Assembly (NCBI GenBank): GCA_021852275.1
Contig: JAJZNX010000025.1
Coordinates: 65,705-129,704, forward strand
Origin: Planctomycetota bacterium
GTDB taxonomy: Bacteria; Planctomycetota; Phycisphaerae; WQYP01
Direction of reading: 5' to 3'
DNA: 64,000 nt
Shown here: piece by piece, positions 10,729-19,979 of the stretch
Layout of the letters: every line of letters starts with the position of its first letter
Position numbering within the stretch: position 1 is the first letter of the stretch
Program-made: the position numbers and the translations under genes
The notes under the pieces: generated by a model
Databases searched by the model: none
The model's input: the letters and a program-made list of their open reading frames with translations, nothing else
Told to the model about the DNA's origin: nothing

Positions 10729-10995
10729 GTGGTGTGAGATACCAAACTGAAGGTGCTCCCAATATTGTGAAGGACTTTTATGCTTAAAATTTTATCAGTC
10801 AGACCGGTTAGGAACCGCGCAAAAATAAATTCGTGTTTTACGGCGCAGAAATTTTGGCCGCCAGCGAGGCGTGAACGAGGCGCATACCCCGGCAGTGGGT
10901 CTGGAACGAGCGAACAACGAAGCTGGCGGTCAAAAGGGCCAGCCGGAAAGTGCGAAGTTATTTTTGCCCGGTTCCTTAAGACATTGTTGAGACGT

Positions 10996-12396
10996 ATGTT
11001 TACCATCGCCGTGCCCGCTGTTTTGACATTCTGTACAGGGGCGGCAGCGAGCTTTGGAGCGGTTCATTCTGACATGGTGACCGCGGTTGGCAGGATATCA
11101 AAAAGCCTGGTGGTTGTAGAATATACCGCGGAAAATGAACTGCATAAAACCAGCAAGGTTTCCGGACAGGGAATTGTGCTTACCAAGGGTGGTGTTGTGC
11201 TTGTTTCCGGCAGCCTGCTGCCCGATGAACTGCCGTTGGCTTATGTTCATCATCTGGTCATCCGTATTCCGCGCGGAACGCTCCGCAAAATTCCGGCAGA
11301 ATTTTTGGGGCGCACCCCTGATAACAGCTTCTGTTATATTAAGGCGCTCAAGCCGTTGAACCTGCCACCATTGCCCGTGGTCGATGGTGGCACCCCCGTT
11401 CTGGCCCAACGGGTCTATTCAGTCGGACTGCTCTCCAAAAAGCTGGGGTACGATCCTTATATAGGCATCAGCCGCATCAAAGCCAAGGTAACCCTTATTC
11501 ACCAGGTATGCGATACTGCAACTTTTGGACTGACCTGCGCCAACAGCCCGGTGTTCGACTATCACACAGGCCAACTCGTCGGCATCACCTTACCCAGTCA
11601 GGGCACAACCGTGGAATTGAGCATTGCCGGTCATGCCGCCCCCGTGAGCATCAACGATCCTGAACAAGATCCACTGTTCGTTACGTATTCCGACATAAAA
11701 ACTGTACTCACGAAAGTACCCCACAAGCGTTATCATGTTCGGCGGCCCTGGTTGGGTGTGGTGGGGCTGGTTGGCCTGAAGCCGGCGCTCCGCCGGCTCT
11801 ACAAGGTTAAACAAGCCGGTGGCGTGGTGATTGGATCGGTGATTCCCGGTATGCCGGCCGCAAAAGCGGGGCTGAAAGGTCAGGATATTATCTTAACCAT
11901 TGACGGGAAAGCTTTCAGTACCTCCCCGGTACCCGATTTGATGCTGGCACAGTTTGAGAGGCGCATGCGGCGTATGCATCCCGGGGAAAAAATTACCCTG
12001 GGCATCCTCCGCAACGGAACCAAAACTCTCACCCTGCATGCGACTATTGGGGTGATGCCGATTTTGGCATCCCAAAAGAAGCATTACTACAACCACCAGC
12101 TTGGATTGGTAACACGAAACCTGGTATTTGATGACACCTACATCCGTAAGTTGCCCGCTCAACAGCGCGGAGTCATGGTGGACCTTATAAAAAGTGGAGC
12201 ACCAGTTTCGCTGGGCAGCACACCTTTGAGGGTGGGCTACATCATCACTAAAATAAACGATCAGCCGGTGATTAACGCCGCAAGCTTCCAAAAGCAGCTT
12301 CACGACGCCGTTCAAAAAGCTGCCGGTGGCGATGTGGTCTTCGTTGTGATCAAGCCTGATGGCAATACCGCAGTCTGCCGGATCGGGTTGCAATGA
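10996..12396 (+). CDS. HtrA-like protein with PDZ domains, predicted catalytically inactive (pseudo-protease paralog)
   Basis: A signal peptide is followed by a trypsin-like fold. The Ser motif is replaced (CANSPVFDY instead of GNSGGP), and no His sits at the equivalent of TNFHV. PDZ GGVVIGSVIPGMPAAKAGLKGQDIILTIDG plus a second PDZ. The ORF extends upstream to 10780, but the signal peptide begins at 10996. Confidence 0.7.
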   Translation: MFTIAVPAVLTFCTGAAASFGAVHSDMVTAVGRISKSLVVVEYTAENELHKTSKVSGQGIVLTKGGVVLVSGSLLPDELPLAYVHHLVIRIPRGTLRKIPAEFLGRTPDNSFCYIKALKPLNLPPLPVVDGGTPVLAQRVYSVGLLSKKLGYDPYIGISRIKAKVTLIHQVCDTATFGLTCANSPVFDYHTGQLVGITLPSQGTTVELSIAGHAAPVSINDPEQDPLFVTYSDIKTVLTKVPHKRYHVRRPWLGVVGLVGLKPALRRLYKVKQAGGVVIGSVIPGMPAAKAGLKGQDIILTIDGKAFSTSPVPDLMLAQFERRMRRMHPGEKITLGILRNGTKTLTLHATIGVMPILASQKKHYYNHQLGLVTRNLVFDDTYIRKLPAQQRGVMVDLIKSGAPVSLGSTPLRVGYIITKINDQPVINAASFQKQLHDAVQKAAGGDVVFVVIKPDGNTAVCRIGLQ

Positions 12397-12466
12397 CCGC
12401 TTGAGATATTGTCCCGCGGTCAGCAATCAGCGGTTGGTGTGATGGTATGGCCGTGAACGGTTCATG

Positions 12467-13057
12467 TTATACTACCTCTGCCAGAATAGAGGAAAGCTGT
12501 TCAGATACTTCCCCGATTTGTTCCGTGGTCAAATGCGGATTGATCACTCGCACGGCTTGGCCGGAGTTGCGGAGCACCATTCGCCAGATTTCCGCAACGG
12601 TACCTTTTGCGGTGCCATCAGTCTCTACGGGCGGTTCAGTACCCTCATACTTGATAAGTCTCTTGCGCATCAGCAGCAAGGCCAGCACAAATCGGAATTG
12701 AATATCCACTGATTCGGTGCGTGATTCAAGTCGATTGAATAAGTCCAATAAAACGCCATCATCTACAAAAAGCTTTTTCTTCTGTTGGGCCTCAGGAATC
12801 GTAGTTTTCCAGTAGGAAAACATGACCATCGGAGCCTCCGGGCGCCGTCCGGTTTGCCAGCAGGCTTCGCAAAAGTCCCGTCGGGCAAACCGCCCCAGTG
12901 GTCCCCGGCTTGTGGACTTTTCAGCAGATGCCGCGTCAATTTCGACCAGCGTAGCCCAACAAGCTGTACCCGCGGCCAGCGCCGTCATGCAACTGCCGCA
13001 TTGGGCATTGCTCCGGCCGATTTCCCAAGTCTGATTAATTACATTGCCCTGTGTCAT
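12467..13057 (-). CDS. hypothetical Cys-rich protein (possible N-terminal Zn-binding CxxC...C / CxxC cluster)
   Basis: 196-aa ORF downstream of, and co-oriented with, the 688-aa secreted protein. It carries CGSC...C and CEAC motifs. No family was recognised. Confidence 0.45.
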   Translation of the reverse strand: MTQGNVINQTWEIGRSNAQCGSCMTALAAGTACWATLVEIDAASAEKSTSRGPLGRFARRDFCEACWQTGRRPEAPMVMFSYWKTTIPEAQQKKKLFVDDGVLLDLFNRLESRTESVDIQFRFVLALLLMRKRLIKYEGTEPPVETDGTAKGTVAEIWRMVLRNSGQAVRVINPHLTTEQIGEVSEQLSSILAEVV

Positions 13058-13132
13058 GTATTTATTTTAACCGCCCCACCGTCGTGCGTCGACGCACTCA
13101 GGGGGCCCTCACCCATTCTGACAACCTTGGCT

Positions 13133-15199
13133 TCATTGTCCTAGTTGTTTGGCAAGTTTCAGCCCGTAAGGTGATTCGGGATAATCATGTTTTAATCGGA
13201 TCATGATACTGTCGGCGGCATCGGTTTTTCCGCCCAGCTTCAAAGCTAAGGCTGCCCGGTATAAAAGCTCGGCACTGTAGAATGATGCCGGCAGAGCGTT
13301 CACATATTGCACCCCAATTTTGGCGGCGATAAGCGGACGGCCCTCGGCTACCAGTAGTTTCATACGCAGTAATCGCGTGTATCCTTTGATAATGGCCCGG
13401 GGGTAATCAAGCTCCCATTGATCGATCAGTTGGCGGGCGGTATCAAAATGTCCCGACAGAATATAGCTTTCGATATTTCGGGCGAGGACCCCTTCCTGGA
13501 TTTCTTGCTGTCTATACGGCTTATCCACCCCTGGACCGGCCTGTTTAGCCAGTCTGACCGCCAGTGCACCATTGCCATTGGCTACCGCGGCGTATGCCAT
13601 TGCGGTTAAGACCACGTGACGGACCACGGCAGACAGATTGACGTTCTGAGCCAAAAAGTTTCTGGCGGCGGCATACGCTCTGGACGCACGGGTGGTGTAA
13701 TTACAGGTTGTTATTACGTAATTGGCCAGCAGACGGGCCTTGGCTTCCTGCGTGAGGGGCTTTTGGCTGGCCAGCAGGTCCACCTGTGCTGCCCAGGAAT
13801 ATTTTTTCTTGGCCAAAGCCGCTTTGACCAGAATTCCAGCAATACGCAAGGCGGATTTATCTGTCTCCGGCCGGCGATTGGCGACCCAAGCGCGGCCCCA
13901 GCGTGTGAGTCCTGGAAAGGTGTTATACCGTCGATAAAATCGCACACCACGGGCGAGTTGCCGGGCATCCAGGCCAGTCAGATTATAACTCTTGAGAATC
14001 CGGGCTACTATCACCAAGGGATCGGCCGGTGGGAATGGATACATCTGATAAAGAACACTGCGAATGCGAATGCGCCGAGTAGCCGTGAATTCCCTGGCAC
14101 CTTGTTGTACGGCCATCTGAATCGTATAGATCCCGGGAGTTAAAAACTCATGTTCCACACGCAGGCCAGTGGCAATTTGTCCATCAGAAAATCTCCATTT
14201 TACATGCGGCGAAAAGGAGGCGGGCACCAAGGCTTGAAAAGCAAATCGCTGAAAGTAATAGGCGGGTGGTACAAACACCTGGGCCTCAGGATGAATCGCA
14301 AAATCAGCCGCATAGGTCTGCCCGATTTTTTGCAGCCGCCCCACACTGGCCCGGGCGATGGGTGCGTACAGATTGTTCGGCACCGGGCTGTACGCCCTGG
14401 TACCGGGCGGCATCCAATCCAGAGCCATGCCGATCTGTCCCCAGTAATTGATTGCCCCTATGACCACGCGATGCCAACCGACTTTGAGCTTCACCCGGCG
14501 ATGAAAGCGAACTCGGCCATACATTCCGCTGCGCCATGATTTGAGCAAAATGTTATGCCCATCCAGATTAAAGTATCCAACCCCATTGGCATCAAAGGCA
14601 AAATTATAGCTGCCGGCCTTGGGTATTTTCAGCCACGACTCGCAAAGCGACATGGCCCGCCCATTTTGACCCGCAGGATTGAATCCGATGAAAATGCGGG
14701 GAACAAAGTATGATGCGTACGCTTGGGCCTGGCCAATACGATCCGCCAGAACCTGCCAGGATCTGCTTCCACCCGCCCGGAAATGAAATAGACGCAACCA
14801 TACTCCACGATCAATCTTAAGAATTGGCACAGCCGGCCCTGGATGCGGATTTCCCCACCATACGTAATATGTACCACTTGAAGGAGTTTCAAACGCCAGT
14901 TGCACACGATCATCATTTCGGGATATACGCATGATGCGCATGGGTAAAATTAAACGTCCCGCCGTCGTCACGCGCAAATCATTGCCGTCAGGCAGCCGGG
15001 TAGAGTTGGTATAAAATCTGGCCCAGGCAATATTGACCCCGGGTGCTCCGCAGTGCAGTACCTGCACTTTCAAAGGATACCGGTACAGCCAACCGTTGCC
15101 CAGCACAGCCGCACGTGTCAGGTGTGGCCTGGCCGCACTCATGAGTAAACATAAAAAGATGGCCGTGGAAAACAAACGGGTCTTGTGCATCGAAGTCAT
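13133..15199 (-). CDS. secreted multidomain protein with PA14-like, PKD-like and C-terminal TPR-like/alpha-helical regions
   Basis: Signal peptide MHKTRLFSTAIFLCLLMSAA. PA14-like GSYNFAFDANGVGYFNLDGHNILL. PKD-like WRFSDGQIATGLRVEHEFLTPGIYTIQMAV. The C-terminus is helical and repeat-rich. Confidence 0.6.
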   Translation of the reverse strand: MTSMHKTRLFSTAIFLCLLMSAARPHLTRAAVLGNGWLYRYPLKVQVLHCGAPGVNIAWARFYTNSTRLPDGNDLRVTTAGRLILPMRIMRISRNDDRVQLAFETPSSGTYYVWWGNPHPGPAVPILKIDRGVWLRLFHFRAGGSRSWQVLADRIGQAQAYASYFVPRIFIGFNPAGQNGRAMSLCESWLKIPKAGSYNFAFDANGVGYFNLDGHNILLKSWRSGMYGRVRFHRRVKLKVGWHRVVIGAINYWGQIGMALDWMPPGTRAYSPVPNNLYAPIARASVGRLQKIGQTYAADFAIHPEAQVFVPPAYYFQRFAFQALVPASFSPHVKWRFSDGQIATGLRVEHEFLTPGIYTIQMAVQQGAREFTATRRIRIRSVLYQMYPFPPADPLVIVARILKSYNLTGLDARQLARGVRFYRRYNTFPGLTRWGRAWVANRRPETDKSALRIAGILVKAALAKKKYSWAAQVDLLASQKPLTQEAKARLLANYVITTCNYTTRASRAYAAARNFLAQNVNLSAVVRHVVLTAMAYAAVANGNGALAVRLAKQAGPGVDKPYRQQEIQEGVLARNIESYILSGHFDTARQLIDQWELDYPRAIIKGYTRLLRMKLLVAEGRPLIAAKIGVQYVNALPASFYSAELLYRAALALKLGGKTDAADSIMIRLKHDYPESPYGLKLAKQLGQ

Positions 15200-15253
15200 C
15201 CTTGCTGGTCATGAGATCACCCGATTGCGGGTGCCACGTTCTGGTACCGAATA

Positions 15254-16264
15254 TCAGGATAAATTATTTTTGAGTTGCGTGATCAGTTCTGAAATTGCAG
15301 CGATAATATGGTCCTCCGGCGACGCTCCATTGGCCTGCGGCGGCTGCGCATCCATCCATGCCACGGTTTCTCGCACGGCCTTAGCGAAGGGAGTAACATT
15401 GCGATATTCAGGGATATCACGATTAATTTTGTCGTTGCTGTATACACCATGATAGCGGAATATTTCAGCCAGTCCGCCATAGCGCTGTGGCTGGAGTGCC
15501 AACAACATATCAGTGGCAACGTGTACCAGGCGGGGAGATGGAGCATTTATAGCAGCAGCGATGCGCTGCGTATACTGATCCCACGTGAAAACATCGTCAC
15601 CAACGATGTTGTATATTTCCCCCATGGTTTTAGTCCGTCCGATGGCTTTAGCAAATCCAACTCCCACGTCATCACAAAATGCGCTCTGCCAAAGCCCATG
15701 GCCGTCACCGCTGACCAGAATTGGTCGGCCCTGCCGAAGCCGGGAAATAAACTCGTTCTGCCAGCCCAAATTGTTGATGAGGTTAGCTCCGGGACCAAAG
15801 GTGTGCGAAGGTCTGAAAATAGTAACCGGTAGTCGTCCGGCGGCATGCGCCTGCAGAAATATTTTCTCGCATTCCAGTTTGTTGCGACCATAGTTGCTCT
15901 CCGGATGAGGCTCGGCCGATTCTGCTGTGGGAATTTGCGTTTGCGTGTTCCCATAAGCACACACAGTGGAACAGAAAATAAAATGGCCGGTCCTGCCCGC
16001 AAATACTTCCACATCTTCCATGGCCTGGGCACTCTGAAAGCAGATCATGTCAATGACGGCATCAAAGGTTTCCGCCGAGCCTGGACCGAAGCATTTGGCC
16101 AATGTCCCCGCTGCATTGCGATCTCCTATAATGCGGCGCACATCGCCGGGCAGGCGGCTGTGGGTTTGGCCGCGGTTCAGGACGGTGATGGAAGCCGTCC
16201 CGGCCAAAGCCTTGACGATGCCCGTGGAAATCAGTCCAGTTCCGCCGATGATCAGTACTTTCAT
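15254..16264 (-). CDS. NAD-dependent epimerase/dehydratase (extended SDR family)
   Basis: N-terminal Rossmann motif MKVLIIGGTGLISTGIV. Length 336 aa. Confidence 0.75.
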   Translation of the reverse strand: MKVLIIGGTGLISTGIVKALAGTASITVLNRGQTHSRLPGDVRRIIGDRNAAGTLAKCFGPGSAETFDAVIDMICFQSAQAMEDVEVFAGRTGHFIFCSTVCAYGNTQTQIPTAESAEPHPESNYGRNKLECEKIFLQAHAAGRLPVTIFRPSHTFGPGANLINNLGWQNEFISRLRQGRPILVSGDGHGLWQSAFCDDVGVGFAKAIGRTKTMGEIYNIVGDDVFTWDQYTQRIAAAINAPSPRLVHVATDMLLALQPQRYGGLAEIFRYHGVYSNDKINRDIPEYRNVTPFAKAVRETVAWMDAQPPQANGASPEDHIIAAISELITQLKNNLS

Positions 16265-16332
16265 GTGTGATAAGCTCCTTTAACATCAGGTTCAACGGCC
16301 GTGCGGCCCATCTATTGTCGGTAAATCTTCAA

Positions 16333-17328
16333 TCACACGCCTTGACGGTAAAACCGATAGTGCAAACGTTCAACCGTCACGCCGCGTCCCCATCGTCGCA
16401 GCAGCCAAAATGCCGCCCATGCCAAAACTCCCAATCCACCGATCAAGACCGTGGCGGACCATTGGCCATTGGCGGCCAGCAGGCTTGCGTCCAAAACGAA
16501 CAACCAAAACAAACCGACCAGCATAATTCTGGTGCCTTTGGCCCGTGGTGAGATTTTTTTTGAGCGCAGCGTCGCCAACACAAAGCTCCAGTAAATGGCG
16601 GCGGCCAGAAGTGGTCCCATCAGCAGCGACAGATGAGATGCCGGGGAGATATTCTTCCAGAAAGTCAGATCCATCAACAGACTATCAACGCCAAGCAAAC
16701 TGAAAGCAACCAGCAGCAAATCACGGATTTTCAGCCGCGGTCGTTTGTGTTCCAGGTGATAAGCCGCGGTGCTGATAAGCGTGATATGAGTGAAAAGAAT
16801 CAACGGCAGCAACAGACCATGGCTGCGAGGAAATCCAATCATACAGTTCAGCCCGCGAATGACACCGAGGCTTAAAAGACCGAGCGATCCAAGATATTTT
16901 CCCGTGGCGTTATAAAAAACGATCAGCATGGCCGTCGTCAGGCATAAGAGAAGTGACCAGGGCACGTCGGATTCGCCGCGCACAACACCCACCATCGCTC
17001 CGAAAAACAGCCCCAGCATCAGCAGCAGCAGTGCAATGATCATGGCGCTGTGCTGTGATAAACGCCCGCTGGGCAGCGGCCTCCACTGGGCAAACAGGCG
17101 GTCTCGCCGGGTATCTAGCAGATCATTAAGCGACATGCCAAACGCATACAAGCAGGCCGACGCCAGGCCAGTCATGCACAATAACAGCCAACGATGGTGC
17201 AGGGTCTGCTCATCCGGCAAGCGTAACAGAACCAGTGTACACGAGTCAGCGACGGCGGTGAAAATCAGGGCGGCTCGGGTCAACTGAAATATAGCCAGTA
17301 ATTTGGATAGCAGGGCTTTGGATTTCAT
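16333..17328 (-). CDS. UbiA-family prenyltransferase (membrane)
   Basis: Multi-TM protein with the UbiA Asp-rich motif NDLLDTRRD. Confidence 0.7.
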   Translation of the reverse strand: MKSKALLSKLLAIFQLTRAALIFTAVADSCTLVLLRLPDEQTLHHRWLLLCMTGLASACLYAFGMSLNDLLDTRRDRLFAQWRPLPSGRLSQHSAMIIALLLLMLGLFFGAMVGVVRGESDVPWSLLLCLTTAMLIVFYNATGKYLGSLGLLSLGVIRGLNCMIGFPRSHGLLLPLILFTHITLISTAAYHLEHKRPRLKIRDLLLVAFSLLGVDSLLMDLTFWKNISPASHLSLLMGPLLAAAIYWSFVLATLRSKKISPRAKGTRIMLVGLFWLFVLDASLLAANGQWSATVLIGGLGVLAWAAFWLLRRWGRGVTVERLHYRFYRQGV

Positions 17329-17380
17329 AGCGCCTAGTTTACCGCCTGCGGCCTCCCTTCCAAAGCGCCTCGTTCACTGA

Positions 17381-17424
17381 TAAAAAACCACGGGCCGGTC
17401 ATTTGACTGACCGGCCCGTTTTTG
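17381..17424. terminator. bidirectional Rho-independent terminator (12-bp perfect stem)
   Basis: acgggccggtca-tttgac-tgaccggcccgt. It is flanked by an A-run upstream and a T-run downstream. It lies just 3' of the minus-strand zinc-ribbon gene. Confidence 0.7.
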
Positions 17425-17577
17425 CCTGTGGTTCCGTGAAGCTCGTCTGATCTTGATACTGCCGGATCAGATCGCACATCGAGGGTGACACCGTGTCACC
17501 CACATAGAAGAATACCTGTACGCTGACCAGCAGATAAACCTTTGCAGATTCGTCCGCCGTCAGCTAAGGGGTTAAGT

Positions 17578-17940
17578 TCAGCGACCGCCAGCCTTCTGAG
17601 CCTGGAAACAATCCCGGCAATAAACCGGACGATTTCCAGATGGCTTAAATGGCACTTCCGTCGGTTGACCGCAAGTGGCACAGGTAGCCGGGAACATCTG
17701 CCGGGGACCGGCTGAAAACCCACGACCACCACCGCCGCCGGAACGACCACCGGAACTGGATCCGCGACCGCCCCGACCACCGCTATCACCTTGTTGGGCT
17801 TTGCGGTTCTCGCGACAAGTTTTGCAACGTTTTGGTTCATTAGTAAATCCACGTTCAGCGAAACGTTGCTGTTCATCAGCAGTGAACGTAAATTCCGCGC
17901 CACAGTCGACGCATACAATGGTTTTGTCCTCGTAAGGCAT
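17578..17940 (-). CDS. tandem zinc-ribbon protein with Gly/Arg-rich linker
   Basis: Two CxxC...CxxC repeats (CVDCGAEFTFTADEQQRFAERGFTNEPKRCKTCR and CATCGQPTEVPFKPSGNRPVYCRDC) are separated by a GGRGG-rich low-complexity linker. The overlapping 197-aa ORF in another frame is judged spurious. Confidence 0.7.
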   Translation of the reverse strand: MPYEDKTIVCVDCGAEFTFTADEQQRFAERGFTNEPKRCKTCRENRKAQQGDSGGRGGRGSSSGGRSGGGGGRGFSAGPRQMFPATCATCGQPTEVPFKPSGNRPVYCRDCFQAQKAGGR

Positions 17941-18262
17941 AATATACTCCCTGGGAACACCAGAAAATGAGGAACTCGGCGATGGGCGGTTGCGGGAGTG
18001 GCTTCAGCCAAACTCGAACACGGCGCTACAGCCCACAGGCAGGTTATAGCATACACACATTGTTGGCAATTGCAAGTCAACTTTACCACCCCCCCCCTCC
18101 GGTCTCTTCACTCCCAGATCTCGTCCTCGCCCACTTTGTCCGCTTCGCTCCCTGCAAAATAACAATCCACGGCTAAGATGAGCCACCACGACGTTCTCAT
18201 CACAATAACCAGCGTCAACCAGGCAGGCTGCTTTACCGCGCACCATGTTGGCCAGAAATTCG

Positions 18263-19075
18263 TTACGGCCGGGCGGATCGCAGCATCTGGGCTGCAACCT
18301 TGGCTCCCTGCGGTGGATTGGGCAGATCGCGGACATCCACCACCACATCGCCAGACCAGTTTAGCCCTTCGGTGTGGACCAGGATTTCCGCCACCGGCAA
18401 ATCTCCTCGCCCCAATTCTGTCGGACGAAACGATGTCTTGGTCCTGATGCCATCGGCAAGCGTCCACATTCCTACCCACGGGCCTAATCGATCTGCAGCT
18501 TTTAACAGATTTTCGCCATCCAGGGCCAGCCGGCCGGTATCTAGATTTGCTCGTACGTGACCGGCTCCCAGGCGGCCAAAGAGTTCCAGGAGAAAATCAA
18601 TGGAACTGCTGGAAAGGCACAGTTTAAGGCCGGCCCGGTCGGCTTCACTCGCCAACGATTGCGCCGCGGCTACCACCGCGTCAGTCAGCGGAACGGTTGA
18701 TTCTGACGATCTTGATGGAGAGCCTGTGTAAAGGCTTACAGCGGACGCCCCCAGATCGTAGGCCAAGCGAATAGCCCCAACCGCCGAGGTCATCACACGG
18801 TCGAGTGATTTGGAATCAAATAATCCGTTCCGTGTGGAAACGGCGCGTATGCAGGTCAGGCGTAAATGCTGCCGCTGTAACAGATGGCGGAAGTGCCGCC
18901 GCGCGGTCGGGCCAAAATCCAAACTGGCCAACTCCGGATGATGATTGGCCACTGCGATGCCGGAAAACTCCGTGTCACGGGCTACGCTCATCGCTGCACG
19001 CAGGTCCGGCCCCAAAGCATCAATGGCCAGGCTGGCGGAAAGGGGCGCATCAGTTTTTAACTTGGTGGTGTTCAT
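18263..19075 (-). CDS. xylose-isomerase-like TIM-barrel protein (sugar phosphate isomerase/epimerase family), tentative
   Basis: The length and pattern of conserved D/E/H residues are compatible with a TIM barrel. The start was chosen at MNTTKLK to limit overlap with the upstream gene. Confidence 0.45.
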   Translation of the reverse strand: MNTTKLKTDAPLSASLAIDALGPDLRAAMSVARDTEFSGIAVANHHPELASLDFGPTARRHFRHLLQRQHLRLTCIRAVSTRNGLFDSKSLDRVMTSAVGAIRLAYDLGASAVSLYTGSPSRSSESTVPLTDAVVAAAQSLASEADRAGLKLCLSSSSIDFLLELFGRLGAGHVRANLDTGRLALDGENLLKAADRLGPWVGMWTLADGIRTKTSFRPTELGRGDLPVAEILVHTEGLNWSGDVVVDVRDLPNPPQGAKVAAQMLRSARP

Positions 19076-19829
19076 CAGAAAGTCCCAATGTCTGGGCAAT
19101 AAGTCGTAGAGTTTCACGCTGCGGTCGGCGAATTTCATGGCGTTCAATGCGGGCCACGGTTTTAGCATCAATGCCGGGGAAATCTTCCCGCCTTAGCCCC
19201 AGCTTTTTGCGCAACACTCGCACCTGTCCACCCAAGGATTCATCTGCGGCCCACTGTCGACGGCGAAATTCCCGGCGAAATTGGGCATTATATTGACAGA
19301 GAATCTCGTGTGCCGCGAGTTTGCCTGACCCAATCTCAACCGTGCGTCCGCCATCCGTGATGCGCCATGTGCCTGCAGAAAATTTCACTGTGCGTACTCG
19401 CTGGCCAATCCAATCGTACGGCACTATCAGTGGGCGTAAATCGCCGGACCAGAAGGTAACCGTGGCTGTACCCGCATCCGGCAGCACGCCGATAAGCCGT
19501 TCATGCCGGTCCGGTGCTTCCATAGTTTCCAAGGTTTGTTTTGCGGAACACGCACCGGCTGGGTCCATATAGATAAGGCGGTCCATGCCGCGATAGAGAC
19601 AGGGTAAAATCTCTACGCGCGGACAAAATAACACCACCAGCAAACCACTGCGCCGAGTGGATCCGGCCAGAATCTTCACGACCAGGTTGAGGACATCACC
19701 ATCGCTGATGAGAAAAATGCTTTTACGATGACGCTGTTCCAGCAGGGTCTGAACCGGGTTGCCATCCGTCAACCAATGAACCGCTATTTGTCGTTTTCCA
19801 GGTGCTTCGGCGGTGAGGCTTTTGCGCAC
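19050..19829 (-). CDS. DNA-binding protein with C-terminal XRE-type HTH and uncharacterised N-terminal domain
   Basis: The C-terminal LRKKLGLRREDFPGIDAKTVARIERHEIRRPQRETLRLIAQTLGL is a typical HTH_XRE. The N-terminal ~170 aa is unassigned and may be an NYN/PIN-like fold. Confidence 0.55.
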   Translation of the reverse strand: MRKSLTAEAPGKRQIAVHWLTDGNPVQTLLEQRHRKSIFLISDGDVLNLVVKILAGSTRRSGLLVVLFCPRVEILPCLYRGMDRLIYMDPAGACSAKQTLETMEAPDRHERLIGVLPDAGTATVTFWSGDLRPLIVPYDWIGQRVRTVKFSAGTWRITDGGRTVEIGSGKLAAHEILCQYNAQFRREFRRRQWAADESLGGQVRVLRKKLGLRREDFPGIDAKTVARIERHEIRRPQRETLRLIAQTLGLSDEHHQVKN

Positions 19830-19979
19830 GATGAAGACTCCCGATCGTCCATGATCCAGTCAACCAGGCTCATTTATAGCATCCATCGGGCCAAGTCTGC
19901 AACTGGTCGATGCTGCCTGAAAAATCGGCCCACCCATGGACGCTGGCACAACGGCATAGGGTTAAGCTAGAATAAGGCC

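Noticed and set aside
10780-10995. N-terminal 72 codons of the pseudo-HtrA ORF
   Set aside because: This region is spanned by the inverted repeat. The signal peptide begins at the Met at 10996, and the upstream translation is low-complexity.
17496-18089. 197-aa - strand ORF overlapping the zinc-ribbon gene
   Set aside because: It uses a different frame on the same strand. The 120-aa frame encodes the repeated CxxC ribbon architecture and is followed by the terminator.
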